Positions 35,925 to 46,133 are shown, numbered from the stretch's first letter. The stretch: 64,000 bases of DNA from Eubacteriales bacterium (GCA_045539135.1 JAZQET010000092.1:1200-65199), one strand, 5' to 3'. The notes: generated from the sequence alone by a model not told the origin. Numbers and translations are program-made.

Positions 35925-35962
35925 AACTCTCGCTCACTCCTCATTCTGCCGACCCAAAGGGA

Positions 35963-36508
35963 TCAGCTGTATACTTCTTCTTTCAAAATACCCACATAGG
36001 GCATATTGCGGTATTTCTCGGCATAATCCAGACCGTAGCCCACAATAAAGGCATCGGGGATCTCATAGCCCACATATTTGGCATCCACTTCCACCTGACG
36101 GCGGGAGGGCTTGGAAAAGAGGGTACAGATCTCAACAGACTTGGGCTCCCGCTGACGAAGCAGATTGATCAGGTTATGAAGGGTCACGCCGCTGTCCAGA
36201 ATATCCTCCACGATCAGCAGATCCTTACCCTTAATATCCACATCCAGATCCTTTAAGATCTTCACACTGCCTTTGGTCTCGGTGCCCGCCCCATAGCTGG
36301 ACACATTCATAAAATCAATCTGCAGCGGCAGGTCGACGGCACGCATCAGATCTGCCATCACCATCACACTTCCCTTCAGGATGGAGACCATCAGCAGGTC
36401 CTTCCCCTGATAATCGGCGGTAATGGCCGCACCCAATTCGGCGATCTTCGACTGAAGCTGCTCCTCTGAAAATAAAACTTCCTTAATATCCTTATCTTGA
36501 ACGGACAT
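35963..36508 (-). CDS. hpt: Hypoxanthine phosphoribosyltransferase
   Basis: 181 aa. LLIVEDILDSGVTL PRPP-binding motif. Position between tilS and ftsH. Confidence 0.93.
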   Translation of the reverse strand: MSVQDKDIKEVLFSEEQLQSKIAELGAAITADYQGKDLLMVSILKGSVMVMADLMRAVDLPLQIDFMNVSSYGAGTETKGSVKILKDLDVDIKGKDLLIVEDILDSGVTLHNLINLLRQREPKSVEICTLFSKPSRRQVEVDAKYVGYEIPDAFIVGYGLDYAEKYRNMPYVGILKEEVYS

Positions 36509-36510
36509 TT

Positions 36511-37794
36511 TTATTCCTCCTTTGCGATTTCAATGCACCAACAATGCCGACTGTGCTCATCGCAGGCAAATTCCTTGGAAGCACCGTAGCCTTCTGCCCA
36601 AAGGATCTGCCCCTGCTCATCCGCCAGCACCCAAAGGGCATCCCGACGGGAGCGAGGAACCCGATCGTTTTTTAAACGCTTCTGCAAGCGGGAGGTTCCG
36701 CCCGTCCCCACGGGAGAAAACCGATCCCCTGCCTGCTTATGCCGAAATACCGGATCGCTCTTTATTTTATCACAGTCTACATCGAAATGTGTAAACGGTC
36801 TGTTAATTTCTTCCAAACGAACGGTAAAACGCGTGTTTCCCCATACCGTTGTTTGCCCTTCGATCGCGGGGATCACCGCCTCTTCCGCGGCGGTCACAAA
36901 TACCCCTTTGCCGTATTCCAAGCGGAAATAGCGGCCTTTGGAAAGCTCCACCTGACCGGTGGTCGGATTTTTTTGGAGCAAGGCACAGATGGCGTTAAAA
37001 TGCACCCGATCCAAGGGGCTTCCGTAGCGCCGATCCAGCACCCGCTTCAGCACCGCCCGCGGCAATGCTCCTAATTCTTTCGGGTCTTGGGTGGTTACCC
37101 CTTCCGCCCAACAGGAAAGGGCTTCCTCTTCCTCTGCAAGGCACCCCATTGCGGCGGCAAGCCCCGCGGAAAACCGCCCCTCCTCCCGACTGTTCAGCAA
37201 GGGGAGCACCTGATGCCGCAAAAAGTTGCGCAGGTACGCGGTATCCGCATTGGTCTCATCGGTCACATAGGGCAAGCCTTTTTCCGAAGCATAGGCGGTA
37301 ATGGCTTGCTTTTCCATCTCCAAAAGGGGGCGAAGGTATCCGCCGCGGCGGGGCTTCATTCCCGAAAGACCCCCGCTTCCGCTTCCCCGATACAGGTTAA
37401 TGAAAAAGGTCTCCAACTGATCCTCCCGATGGTGGGCGGTAGCCACAAAGGACTGCTCCCCATCCGCCAAGGGATCCAAGAACCCATAGCGCAATGCCCG
37501 CGCTCCCTCTTCGGGGCTCAGATGGGCATAGTCTTCGATCCTTCCCTCAAACTCCGTTAAGGGAATCCCCCAATCGGCGCAAAGGCGGCGGCAGAATGCC
37601 TGATCCTCCTTCGCCGCCTCCCGCATCCCGTGGTTCACATGGGCGGCCTCCAAACGGAAGGTGCGGCGGGGCATATTTTTAAGCAGATACAGCAAGGTGA
37701 CCGAGTCGATGCCGCCGGAAAGCGCCACCGTGACTCTGCAGCCTTCGGGCAGTCCGAAGGACTCCATTGCCGCCTGAAAACGCCCTTCCATCAT
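36511..37794 (-). CDS. tilS: tRNA(Ile)-lysidine synthase
   Basis: PP-loop VALSGGIDSVTLLYLL. tilS-hpt-ftsH synteny. Confidence 0.9.
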   Translation of the reverse strand: MMEGRFQAAMESFGLPEGCRVTVALSGGIDSVTLLYLLKNMPRRTFRLEAAHVNHGMREAAKEDQAFCRRLCADWGIPLTEFEGRIEDYAHLSPEEGARALRYGFLDPLADGEQSFVATAHHREDQLETFFINLYRGSGSGGLSGMKPRRGGYLRPLLEMEKQAITAYASEKGLPYVTDETNADTAYLRNFLRHQVLPLLNSREEGRFSAGLAAAMGCLAEEEEALSCWAEGVTTQDPKELGALPRAVLKRVLDRRYGSPLDRVHFNAICALLQKNPTTGQVELSKGRYFRLEYGKGVFVTAAEEAVIPAIEGQTTVWGNTRFTVRLEEINRPFTHFDVDCDKIKSDPVFRHKQAGDRFSPVGTGGTSRLQKRLKNDRVPRSRRDALWVLADEQGQILWAEGYGASKEFACDEHSRHCWCIEIAKEE

Positions 37795-39158
37795 ACGGGA
37801 GGTGCCTCATCCGGCAGAGGAATGCCGCTGTTTGCATCCTTTTTCACCTTATAATTGCCAAACTTGGTCAGGGTATTATTCCAAGACAGATAGATGGTCT
37901 CGGTGGGACCGTGACGGTTTTTGGCAATGATCAGTTCGATCTTATTGGGGTTTGCCGTTTCTTTATTATAAATAGCATCGTTATACAGGAACAGAATTGC
38001 ATCTGCATCCTGCTCGATGGAACCGGATTCACGCAGATCGGAAGGCATGGGGCGGTGGTTATCCTCCCGCTTTTCCGACGCACGGGACAGCTGGGACAAG
38101 CACAGCACCGGCACATTAAACTCCTTCGCCAGCAGTTTCATGGAGCGGGAGATCTCCGAAACCGCCTCCTGACGGCTGTTGGTTCGGATATCGGAGCTCA
38201 TCAACTGCAGATAGTCCACGATCACCAGATCCAAAGAGGGCAGGCGGCGAAGCTTTGCCTTCATCTGACCCACGGTGATGCCGGGGGAGTCATCCAAATA
38301 CACCTTGGTATTGGAGAGGGTGGATGCCGATTGACCCATCCGCACCCATTCATTATTGGTCAGCTCACCGGTACGGAACTTTTTATTATCCACACCGCTA
38401 TGGCTGGCAAGCAAGCGGTTTGCCAACTGCTCGTTGCTCATTTCCAAGGAAAAGATGGCAACGGTTTTGCCCTGCAGACCGATATTTTGGGCGATATTCA
38501 GCGCCAACGAGGTCTTACCCAAGCCGGGACGGGCGGCAAGCAAAATCAAATCGCTCTTACCGAATCCGGAAAGCACACGGTCCAGATCACGGAAGTTGGT
38601 TTGAAGCCCTGCAAAGGCATCCTTATCCTGCGCGATCTTGGAAACATTTTCAAAGCTCTGCACCAAGGCGGTCTTCAATTCCACCATAGCGGTATTGGAC
38701 TGCTGATTGCGGATCTTAAAGATCTTGGCTTCCGCCAGATCCAAAATAGCCTGTGGGTCTTCCCCTTGGGAATAGCAAGCGTCGGTGATCTCATCGCAAA
38801 TAGAGATCAGCTCCCTGAGGTTATATTTTTCTGCCACGATCTTTCCGTAGACCGCCGCCGAATTGGCATTGGGCACGGAGGATGCCATATCATAAAGCAG
38901 CTGCTTGGCTTCGGTCTCCTCATAGATCCCCGCGGCAACCACCTGATTGAGCACGGTCACAAAATCGATGGGCTCATCGGCAAGGTGCATCCGCAGGATC
39001 TCGCCATAGACCTTTCCGTATTTTTCCACATAAAAGTGCTCCGGTTTCAGAATGGAGATCAGGTCTTCCATACACTTGGACTGGACCATCAGGGCGCCCA
39101 AAACGCTCTGTTCTGCCTCCAGACTGTGCGGAACGCGTTTGAGATCTTCAAATTCCAT
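37791..39158 (-). CDS. dnaB: Replicative DNA helicase DnaB
   Basis: PHSLEAEQSVLGA, LAARPGLGKTSLALNIA, VIVDYLQLM, ELRESGSIEQDAD. Confidence 0.96.
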   Translation of the reverse strand: MEFEDLKRVPHSLEAEQSVLGALMVQSKCMEDLISILKPEHFYVEKYGKVYGEILRMHLADEPIDFVTVLNQVVAAGIYEETEAKQLLYDMASSVPNANSAAVYGKIVAEKYNLRELISICDEITDACYSQGEDPQAILDLAEAKIFKIRNQQSNTAMVELKTALVQSFENVSKIAQDKDAFAGLQTNFRDLDRVLSGFGKSDLILLAARPGLGKTSLALNIAQNIGLQGKTVAIFSLEMSNEQLANRLLASHSGVDNKKFRTGELTNNEWVRMGQSASTLSNTKVYLDDSPGITVGQMKAKLRRLPSLDLVIVDYLQLMSSDIRTNSRQEAVSEISRSMKLLAKEFNVPVLCLSQLSRASEKREDNHRPMPSDLRESGSIEQDADAILFLYNDAIYNKETANPNKIELIIAKNRHGPTETIYLSWNNTLTKFGNYKVKKDANSGIPLPDEAPPV

Positions 39159-39179
39159 TTCAGATCTCCTCCTTACATC

Positions 39180-39626
39180 TTAATCTTGTTTCTCAACGGA
39201 CACATTGATCTTGGCGGCAATGCCGGTATAAAGCTTCACGGTGCAGGGATAGGTGCCGAAATTCTTAATGGTCTCCACCACCAATTTCTTTTTATCCACG
39301 GCAATGCCGGTCTCTTTTTCAATGAGGGCGGCGATCTCTTTGCCGGTGATGGCACCGAACAGCTTTCCGCTGTCGCCCCCCTTGGCCTTCAGCACCAAGG
39401 TCTTTCCGTCCAGCACCGCCTGATGCTCTTTGGCGGCGGCGGTATCCACATCAATTTTATGCTGTGCCGCGGCGGCTTTGCCCGCAAAATCATTCTGCAC
39501 CTGTGCGTTCACAGGGGTGGCAAGGCCTTTTGCGATCAAGAAGTTTCTGCCGTAACCGTCGGCAACGTTTACGGTATCGCCCTTTTTACCCTGCCCTTTT
39601 ACATCTTGCAATAAAATGACTTTCAT
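39180..39626 (-). CDS. rplI: 50S ribosomal protein L9
   Basis: [31 protein letters not shown]. Confidence 0.96.
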   Translation of the reverse strand: MKVILLQDVKGQGKKGDTVNVADGYGRNFLIAKGLATPVNAQVQNDFAGKAAAAQHKIDVDTAAAKEHQAVLDGKTLVLKAKGGDSGKLFGAITGKEIAALIEKETGIAVDKKKLVVETIKNFGTYPCTVKLYTGIAAKINVSVEKQD

Positions 39627-41620
39627 TTTTTCTTTCCTTCCTTTTCTTGCTCTAAAATCAAAGAAACCAGCTCCGCCCGTACCTCTTCCAGCGTGCGGTC
39701 CTTTACCTGCGCCCCTGCGGAGCTGCGGTGACCGCCGCCGCCCATCTTTTCCAAGACGGTCTGCACATTATAGGTGGCATCGCTTCGGCCGGAGATATGG
39801 ATCTGCTCTCCGTCGTCATACAACACAAAAGCACCGCTGATATCCGACACATTCAACAGTTCATCGGCGGTCTTTGCCGCGATGATCTTAATTCCGTCGA
39901 AGGGAACGCTCTCCCAAGCGGAAACGGCGATATGCTCGGTGACCATTTCCGCACCGGAGATGATCTCCATCTGCTTACGGTAAGAGGTGAGATCATTTTT
40001 GAAGTAGCCGCGAATATCCTGCGGATCGGCACCTGCCTTTCGCAGATTTGCCGCCGCCTCAAAGGTGCGGATGCCGGTACGCTCGGTAAAGTTTTTGGTA
40101 TCTAAGATAATACCCGCCAAAAGCACCTGCGCCTCCAATTTATTCAGGCGGCAGTTTTTAATGTTTTCGGTCAGCTCGGTCACCATCTCACTGCAGGAGG
40201 AGGCGCCCGGCTCATGGAAGGTGAGTACCGTATCGGTCACGGCGCCTTCCACCGCGCGGCGGTGATGGTCGATGACCGCCACATCGCGGAACATCTTCAA
40301 AACCTTTTCGCTTTCGATATACTCTAAATCATGGGTATCCACAATGATCAGCAGGGCATTTTCCGCCATTGCCTTGGTCATGGTGGTCACCTCCACCAAA
40401 ACATCCCGATAATCGGTGTCATACATCCGATCCAAAATGTCCTGACAAAGGTTTTCCCGTTGATTATATATGATATAGGGCTTTTTGCCCAAGCTGGAAA
40501 CGATCTTCGCCATACCCATAGAGGCACCGATGCAATCCAGATCGGCAAATTTATGACCCATAATATAAACGGATTCTACCCGCTCGATCTGCACCTTCAA
40601 GGCATCTGCCACCAAGCGCACCTTCACCCGCTTACGGCGAACACCTGCTTCGCTGTTTCCGCCGTAGAATTCATAGCGGTCGGTCTCGGTGTTGGTGAGC
40701 GCCACCTGATCGCCCCCGCGGGACAACGCAAGGTCCAACGCATTACGGGCAGCCTCATCGGTCTTCAAAAGACCTGACTCCCCATAGCCGATGCCGATGG
40801 ATAAGGTGGCGTGGAGGGTATCCTCAATACGGATATCCTTGATCTCTTCCAAGATCTTAAATTTTCCTTCTCTGAGGGTCTCCAAATGGCGCCGCTCAAA
40901 GATCAGCATATATTTATCCACTTCCGGCTTCTGCACGATGCCCCCCACCCGACGGGCAAGCTGGCGCACACGCACATCCACACGGTTCACAAAGTTGGTT
41001 TTCTGCAAGGAGCTTACATTCTCGGGAATCTCATCATAAGAATCCAGCAACAGATAAGCCACACACAATGCGTCTCCCTTCAGCTTTTTGATCTGCTCAT
41101 GGAGACGGTGGTTATCCATCCAATAGACGGCATAAAAATGATCTTTTCCCTCTTCGCCCTGACTTAAGATATAAACGGTATACCGCTTATCGGCGAAGGT
41201 AATGTCATATTTTCCGCTTTGGTGCTTTTTGGCCTTTTCAAAAGACAGGTTCTTATTGATCGCCTGCACCTTGCGGCCAAAGACCTCTTGGATATTCCCA
41301 TCGTGCAGCACCTGATGAAACAGCTCGTTATACCAGATGATCTCGCCCTTATCGTTCAAAAGGGTAATGGGCATGGGAAAATGCATCAGATTTTCCCGCG
41401 CCGCCTCATCCAAATAAGAGGTGATGTTCCGCAGGTAGGAATACACATGGCGGTTTCGCTGATCCATACGGATCAGGTTATAGATGATATAGAACCCTGT
41501 GAAGAGCAATTCGGCGATGCCCAGCCATAAATGCACCGTCATGGTGCCCACAGAGAAGGCGATCAACGCACCGAAGAAGCCGATCTCCCACGGGGTCACA
41601 TTCAATTTAATGGATCTCAA
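39623..41620 (-). CDS. gdpP: GdpP/YybT-type DHH-DHHA1 phosphodiesterase (c-di-AMP phosphodiesterase family)
   Basis: Two N-terminal TM segments, degenerate PAS/GGDEF region, DHH motif (VAVIDHHRR), GGGH motif ([11 protein letters not shown]). Synteny with rplI and dnaB. Confidence 0.88.
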   Translation of the reverse strand: MRSIKLNVTPWEIGFFGALIAFSVGTMTVHLWLGIAELLFTGFYIIYNLIRMDQRNRHVYSYLRNITSYLDEAARENLMHFPMPITLLNDKGEIIWYNELFHQVLHDGNIQEVFGRKVQAINKNLSFEKAKKHQSGKYDITFADKRYTVYILSQGEEGKDHFYAVYWMDNHRLHEQIKKLKGDALCVAYLLLDSYDEIPENVSSLQKTNFVNRVDVRVRQLARRVGGIVQKPEVDKYMLIFERRHLETLREGKFKILEEIKDIRIEDTLHATLSIGIGYGESGLLKTDEAARNALDLALSRGGDQVALTNTETDRYEFYGGNSEAGVRRKRVKVRLVADALKVQIERVESVYIMGHKFADLDCIGASMGMAKIVSSLGKKPYIIYNQRENLCQDILDRMYDTDYRDVLVEVTTMTKAMAENALLIIVDTHDLEYIESEKVLKMFRDVAVIDHHRRAVEGAVTDTVLTFHEPGASSCSEMVTELTENIKNCRLNKLEAQVLLAGIILDTKNFTERTGIRTFEAAANLRKAGADPQDIRGYFKNDLTSYRKQMEIISGAEMVTEHIAVSAWESVPFDGIKIIAAKTADELLNVSDISGAFVLYDDGEQIHISGRSDATYNVQTVLEKMGGGGHRSSAGAQVKDRTLEEVRAELVSLILEQEKEGKKK

Positions 41621-41659
41621 AATGAAATTCCTCCGAAAATCAAATATTCCGCGATTTCT

Positions 41660-42682
41660 TTATTTCTTTTGCAAGGTTACAAAGGCAGGAAAGGCGGAGA
41701 TCCACCAGCCTGCATAAAGAAGGATCATATAGGGGCTGAGCAATGCATTGCCCACCGACCAATAAGCCAGTAAAAACAGCCCGCCGATGACGCCTTTTTT
41801 TGCCCAAGAGGGCCATCCTTTTTTGCGCAGATACTGCAACAACCGATACAGCGCCGCAAACACAAAGAGAAAGCCGAACAGATCAAAAGCGGCGATCATA
41901 TTCTGACCGATCCGATTGGGCAGGAACAGCACCACCAAATAGCCGAACATATAAAGGCGCGCCACCCATTGGGAAGGGATCATCCCCTGCCAGCTGCCCA
42001 GCATATTGCCATATCCGTCCCGCTGCGCCTTCCGATCGGCACGCCAAACGCTTAAGAAGAACAAACCGAATAATGCATAGACGATCAACTGAATGATGGT
42101 GAACACCAACACTCCGCTGTTTCCCCGCAGGAACTGCGTCATTGCCTGCATTTGGGTCAACTGCTCGCCGACATAGATCTCTTGGGAGATCTGCTCCGCC
42201 ATACGGATCATTTCTTCCAGCCGCAGAACCATCTGCTTGATCATTTTCAAAAAATCCCAACTGCCGAAATGCAGGCGGCTGTAAAGCAGGGTGCCCGCCA
42301 TGGCGATGGCACCTGCCGCAGGCAACGCCCGCATTGCCAAGGGCTTGATCCGCGGGCACAGCGGCCACACAAAAGACAAGCTCAAGGGAATGGCGCAGGT
42401 CAGTGCCCAAACCAAAATGCAGGTGGCAAGATCGCCGCCGGTATAAAAGAGCAGGCAAAAGGAAACCGCGGTTCCGCACCAAAGGGCAACCGTGCCCAAG
42501 CGGCGCAAGGCGGCGGTAAACAGCAACGGCACCGTTACGATCGCCAGCGAAAGGGCATAGATCATCCCAAGCCCGAAGCCGCCCAGCCGATAGACCGCGC
42601 CCACATAGGCGAGGATCAATCCGCCGAGGAACATTCCGCTCCATCCCTTGATCTGATTTTTAATCTTGTTTACATTACTCAT
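41660..42682 (-). CDS. YybS/DUF2232-family membrane protein
   Basis: Start moved to MSNVNKIKNQ to avoid a long overlap with rpiB. Polytopic membrane protein in the conserved position upstream of gdpP. Confidence 0.7.
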   Translation of the reverse strand: MSNVNKIKNQIKGWSGMFLGGLILAYVGAVYRLGGFGLGMIYALSLAIVTVPLLFTAALRRLGTVALWCGTAVSFCLLFYTGGDLATCILVWALTCAIPLSLSFVWPLCPRIKPLAMRALPAAGAIAMAGTLLYSRLHFGSWDFLKMIKQMVLRLEEMIRMAEQISQEIYVGEQLTQMQAMTQFLRGNSGVLVFTIIQLIVYALFGLFFLSVWRADRKAQRDGYGNMLGSWQGMIPSQWVARLYMFGYLVVLFLPNRIGQNMIAAFDLFGFLFVFAALYRLLQYLRKKGWPSWAKKGVIGGLFLLAYWSVGNALLSPYMILLYAGWWISAFPAFVTLQKK

Positions 42683-43115
42683 TTTCTTTTGCCATAATGG
42701 CATTGACCCGCCGCTCATGACGGCCGCCTGCCTCAAACTCTGCGGAGAAGTATTCCTCCACGATCTTCAAGCCCAATTCAATTCCCAGCACCCGTGCGCC
42801 CATACAGAGCACATTACTGTTATTATGCACCACCGTCATTTTGGCGGAATAGCAATCGCCGCAGACCGAAGCGCGGATGCCCTTCACCTTATTGGCGGCC
42901 ATACTCATCCCGATGCCGGTGCCGCAGACCAAGATGCCTTTTTCGGCTTCTCCTCTTGCCACCGTTTCCGCCACCAAAAAAGCGGCGTCGGTATAATCGC
43001 AACCGTCCTCGGTACCGTCGAAGAGAATTTTATTCTCCAAGCCCATGGCATTCAATTTTTCGCTGATGACAGGCAACCATTCGGTGCCTGCTTTGTCACA
43101 ACCCAATACGATCAT
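42675..43115 (-). CDS. rpiB: Ribose-5-phosphate isomerase B
   Basis: 146 aa. GILVCGTGIGMSMAANKVKGIRA and HNNSNVLCMGARV. Confidence 0.92.
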   Translation of the reverse strand: MIVLGCDKAGTEWLPVISEKLNAMGLENKILFDGTEDGCDYTDAAFLVAETVARGEAEKGILVCGTGIGMSMAANKVKGIRASVCGDCYSAKMTVVHNNSNVLCMGARVLGIELGLKIVEEYFSAEFEAGGRHERRVNAIMAKENE

Positions 43116-43789
43116 TTTTGTTCTCCTTTTCGTTGCTGATATTCCCGTTCCGCTTGGGATAATCTAAAATATGCGGGGATCAATTCCTCCGGCGGTCTTG
43201 CCTCCAGATGCATTGCCGCCTTCGCGATCCCTGCACCTTTGATGAAATTCTTTTCGCTTAAAATGATCCGGTCCCCGTCGGCAAGGTCAGCCAACAGATA
43301 GGCACCGTCGCCCAACAACACGGCAGGGGCCCCCAGCGCCGCGATCTGCGCTTTGGCTTCCTCCACCGAGCAGGCCTGATCGGGCAACACGCGGCGGGGC
43401 ACGCCGTTTTCAAAGGCATAGCCGCCCATATACACCTGCCGACAGCGGGCATCCAGCAATGCCACCGCCACTCTGCCGCTTTCGGCTTCGTTAAAGGCAA
43501 GCGCCATCAGGGTGGGCACGGCGATGCAGGGTCTTCCCAATGCCAAGCCCTTTGCCAAGCCGCAACCGATCCGAAGCCCTGTGAAAGAGCCGGGGCCGTT
43601 GGTCACCGCGAAGGCTTCGATCTCCCCCACCGTGAGCCCCGCATCCTTCAAGGTGCGGTCGATCAGGGGCAGGAGGGTCTGGCTATGGGTCAGCCCTTCA
43701 TCGGAAAAGCCTTCGGCAAGAAGCCTTGCTCCCTCGGAGACCGCAACGGCGGCGGTCTTACCGGTACTGTCCAAACTCAAAAGTTTCAT
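43112..43789 (-). CDS. tsaB: tRNA t6A biosynthesis protein TsaB
   Basis: Trimmed to MKLLSLDSTGKTAAVAV. FAVTNGPGSFTGLRIG. Confidence 0.88.
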   Translation of the reverse strand: MKLLSLDSTGKTAAVAVSEGARLLAEGFSDEGLTHSQTLLPLIDRTLKDAGLTVGEIEAFAVTNGPGSFTGLRIGCGLAKGLALGRPCIAVPTLMALAFNEAESGRVAVALLDARCRQVYMGGYAFENGVPRRVLPDQACSVEEAKAQIAALGAPAVLLGDGAYLLADLADGDRIILSEKNFIKGAGIAKAAMHLEARPPEELIPAYFRLSQAEREYQQRKGEQK

Positions 43790-44211
43790 TCTTTGCTCTC
43801 CACACGGATCACACGCTCTTCGGGGGTGGCACCGTGGGTAATCTCCACCCGCCAGTGATCGGGAGGCAATGCCTCTTCGATATGCTCGCTCCACTCAATG
43901 AGCATCAATCCGTTTTCCAAATAATCATAATATCCGGTGCTGAACAGGCTATCAAGATCCTCCACCCGATACATATCGAAATGGTAGACGGGGAACCGCC
44001 CGCTCCTATATTCGTGCACCATGGCATAGGTGGGGCTGGTGACCTCATCCTCGGGGCACAGCTCTTGGCACAGCCCGCGGATAAAGGTGGTCTTTCCCGC
44101 ACCCAGATCTCCGTAAAACGCAAGGGTCTCTCTTCCGCCCAGCATGGCCGCCACCTCTTTTGCCGCGGCAAAGGTATCGGAAAGAGACTTGCAATGAAAT
44201 ATGCGCTCCAT
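43786..44211 (-). CDS. tsaE: tRNA t6A biosynthesis ATPase TsaE
   Basis: Trimmed to MERIFHCKSL. GDLGAGKTTFIRG, SPTYAMVHEY, HFDMYRV. Confidence 0.88.
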   Translation of the reverse strand: MERIFHCKSLSDTFAAAKEVAAMLGGRETLAFYGDLGAGKTTFIRGLCQELCPEDEVTSPTYAMVHEYRSGRFPVYHFDMYRVEDLDSLFSTGYYDYLENGLMLIEWSEHIEEALPPDHWRVEITHGATPEERVIRVESKE

Positions 44212-44251
44212 AAATACTCCGTTTCTATATATACTTACAGAAGTATTGGAT

Positions 44252-44280
44252 ATTATAACATAGTAATATATATTTTGCAA
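44252..44280 (-). promoter_or_regulatory. Sigma-A promoter for tsaE-tsaB-rpiB
   Basis: Minus strand TTGCAA (44280-44275), 17-nt spacer, TATAAT (44257-44252). Confidence 0.65.
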
Positions 44281-44287
44281 GTTGTCC

Positions 44288-44316
44288 TTGCAAAAATTTC
44301 CGCCCTTTGCTATAAT
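44288..44316 (+). promoter_or_regulatory. Sigma-A promoter for the rodA/ftsW-family gene
   Basis: TTGCAA (44288-44293), 17-nt spacer, TATAAT (44311-44316). The two divergent -35 boxes form the palindrome TTGCAAG-ttgtc-CTTGCAA. Confidence 0.65.
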
Positions 44317-44383
44317 GGCTATGTTAATGTCGGAATAGGGCAAGGCCTTATTTCGACTGCGAATTCTTTGAAATGACATTGAA

Positions 44384-44465
44384 GTTGCAAAAAACGTTTT
44401 AAAACGTTTTTGCAACATAAAGCCGATTTTTTCGGCTTTCTCGAGAAATCGGGTCGATTTCTCGA
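44384..44465 (+). promoter_or_regulatory. Three consecutive hairpins in the ~200-nt rodA leader
   Basis: gttgcaaAAAACGTTTTAAAACGTTTTtgcaac (44384-44416), aaagccgattttttcggcttt (44419-44439), tcgagaaatcg-ggt-cgatttctcga (44441-44465). Confidence 0.45.
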
Positions 44466-44515
44466 CATTCAATCGTCATTATACTGAAGGAAACAGACGG
44501 AAAGGAGGAGACCGA

Positions 44516-45640
44516 ATGGGCGAGCAGATCAAACTGCTGATCCGCCATATTTTTCGGCGGGTAGACTATATTTTAGCGGCATTGGTGCTGGCCGCCTGCG
44601 GCTTCGGTTTATTATTGATCTCCTCTGCCGCCGCCACCTTCAACAGCCCTGTGAAATACCTGATCGTGCAAACGGTGGGCATCCTTGCAGGCTTCTTTAT
44701 GTGCTTGGTGATCAACACGCTGGAGCACCGCAACCTTGCCCGCTTTGCCATTCCCATCTATATCCTTTGCGTGGGGCTTTTGATCTTTACCCTTCTTTTC
44801 GGCAAAGAGGTTATGGGCAATAAGAACTGGATCGAACTGGGTCCCATCAATGTGCAGCCCTCGGAGTTTGTGAAGATCGGGTTTATTCTGACCTTCTCTT
44901 TGCACCTGACCAAGGTGCGCCATTCCATCAATCATCTTGCCTCTTTAATTCCGCTGGCGCTCCATTTCGGCATCATTGCCGCCTTGGTCTTAAAGGGCGG
45001 CGACCTTGGCACCACCTTGGTCTTTGTGTTTATCTTTTTGGCTATGCTGCTGGCGGCAGGGCTCCATTGGGGCTATTTTTTGGGCGGCGGTATTTTGGTG
45101 ACCGTTGCCGCGCCCTTTATCTTCAATCAGCTTGCCGATTATCAGCAGATGCGTATTTTGGCGGTCTATGACCCCTCCTTGGATCCCTTGGGCTATGGGT
45201 ACCACACCATCCAGAGCAAGATCGCGCTGGGCAGCGGCGGGCTGACGGGCACAGGGCTTTATCAGGGCATCCAGACGCAATACAGCATCCTGCCCGAAAA
45301 GCAGACCGACTTTATCTTCTCGGTCTGCGGGGAAGAGCTGGGCTTTGTGGGCTGCTTATTGGTGATCGCGCTGGAAGCCGCCATCATCTTCCGTATCCTT
45401 TATGTTGCCCGCCACGCCGTAGATCAAATGGGAATGCTGATCTGCGTGGGACTTGCGGCAATGCTCTTTGTGCAGGCGGCGGAAAACATCGGAATGTGCC
45501 TCGGTCTTTTGCCGGTCATCGGCTTGACCCTGCCTTTCTTCAGCTACGGCGGCTCTTCGGTGCTGGCGCTGTGTATGAGTATGGGATTGGCCATGTCGGT
45601 CAATGCCGATCGGGTGAAGCATGGATTTTTCAAAGACTGA
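44516..45640 (+). CDS. FtsW/RodA/SpoVE-family SEDS peptidoglycan polymerase
   Basis: 374 aa, about 10 TM segments. NWIELGPINVQPSEFVKI and LPEKQTDFIFSVCGEELGFVG. Confidence 0.9.
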   Translation: MGEQIKLLIRHIFRRVDYILAALVLAACGFGLLLISSAAATFNSPVKYLIVQTVGILAGFFMCLVINTLEHRNLARFAIPIYILCVGLLIFTLLFGKEVMGNKNWIELGPINVQPSEFVKIGFILTFSLHLTKVRHSINHLASLIPLALHFGIIAALVLKGGDLGTTLVFVFIFLAMLLAAGLHWGYFLGGGILVTVAAPFIFNQLADYQQMRILAVYDPSLDPLGYGYHTIQSKIALGSGGLTGTGLYQGIQTQYSILPEKQTDFIFSVCGEELGFVGCLLVIALEAAIIFRILYVARHAVDQMGMLICVGLAAMLFVQAAENIGMCLGLLPVIGLTLPFFSYGGSSVLALCMSMGLAMSVNADRVKHGFFKD

Positions 45641-45679
45641 TCTTGGGTGCTGAAAAAAGCGCAGAACGACAAAATAAGG

Positions 45680-45710
45680 AAGACCTCGGCATTTTGCCGA
45701 GGTCTTTTGA
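45680..45710 (+). terminator. Rho-independent terminator of the rodA-family gene
   Basis: aagacctcggc-atttt-gccgaggtctt followed by TTTTga. Confidence 0.7.
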
Positions 45711-45732
45711 TGTCTTCTTCATTTTTTTCGCT

Positions 45733-46075
45733 TGGCGTATCGCATACGCCTGCGCGAAAAGAAATGAAGATCTGCACTTTTTTGAGCGCCCTTTCTATCC
45801 CTCTGTCAAGACCGCCCAAAACGAGGCTCGATTTCGTCAAAAGAACCCGACGGCGTATGTGATACGCCGAGTGGTTGTTTTGGCGGAAAGCAATAAAAGA
45901 GGACCCGAATACCGTTTGGTTTCGGGTCCTTCCTTATTCTTCTGCGGTCGAGTCCGTTTTCGGCGGTCTCAAGGAAGAAAAAACAGATTATTGCTTGCTC
46001 TCTGTCAAGACCGTTCAAAACAGATGAAGATTTTCGTTTCTTTGCAGGAAGGCGTATGTGGATACGCCGAGTGCA
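45733..46075. repeat. Intergenic repeat cluster: three GGCGTAT-N3/4-ATACGCC hairpins and two copies of an ~85-bp unit
   Basis: ggcgtatcgcatacgcc (about 45733), ggcgtatgtgatacgccgagtg (about 45851), ggcgtatgtggatacgccgagtg (about 46051). ctctgtcaagaccgNNcaaaac precedes the second and third copies, at about 45801 and 45998. Confidence 0.6.
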
Positions 46076-46089
46076 AAAAACGGAAAAGA

Positions 46090-46117
46090 AAAAGACTTCT
46101 CACAGGAGAAGTCTTTT
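46090..46117 (-). terminator. Rho-independent terminator of trmB
   Basis: aaaagacttctc-acag-gagaagtctttt with a T-run on the minus strand. Confidence 0.7.
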
Positions 46118-46133
46118 TCGTTCTTCGCTGTTT

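Noticed and set aside
37767-39614. 615-aa ORF on the plus strand
   Set aside because: It is antisense to dnaB and rplI, both of which have unambiguous signatures. Its composition (G/H/I/L/Q runs) is typical of an antisense frame.
41883-42644. 253-aa alternative-frame minus-strand ORF and 181-aa plus-strand ORF over the YybS gene
   Set aside because: The polytopic membrane-protein frame (41660..42682) fits the conserved yybS-gdpP synteny. The alternatives are Arg/Gly/Pro-rich frames typical of GC-rich overprinting artefacts.
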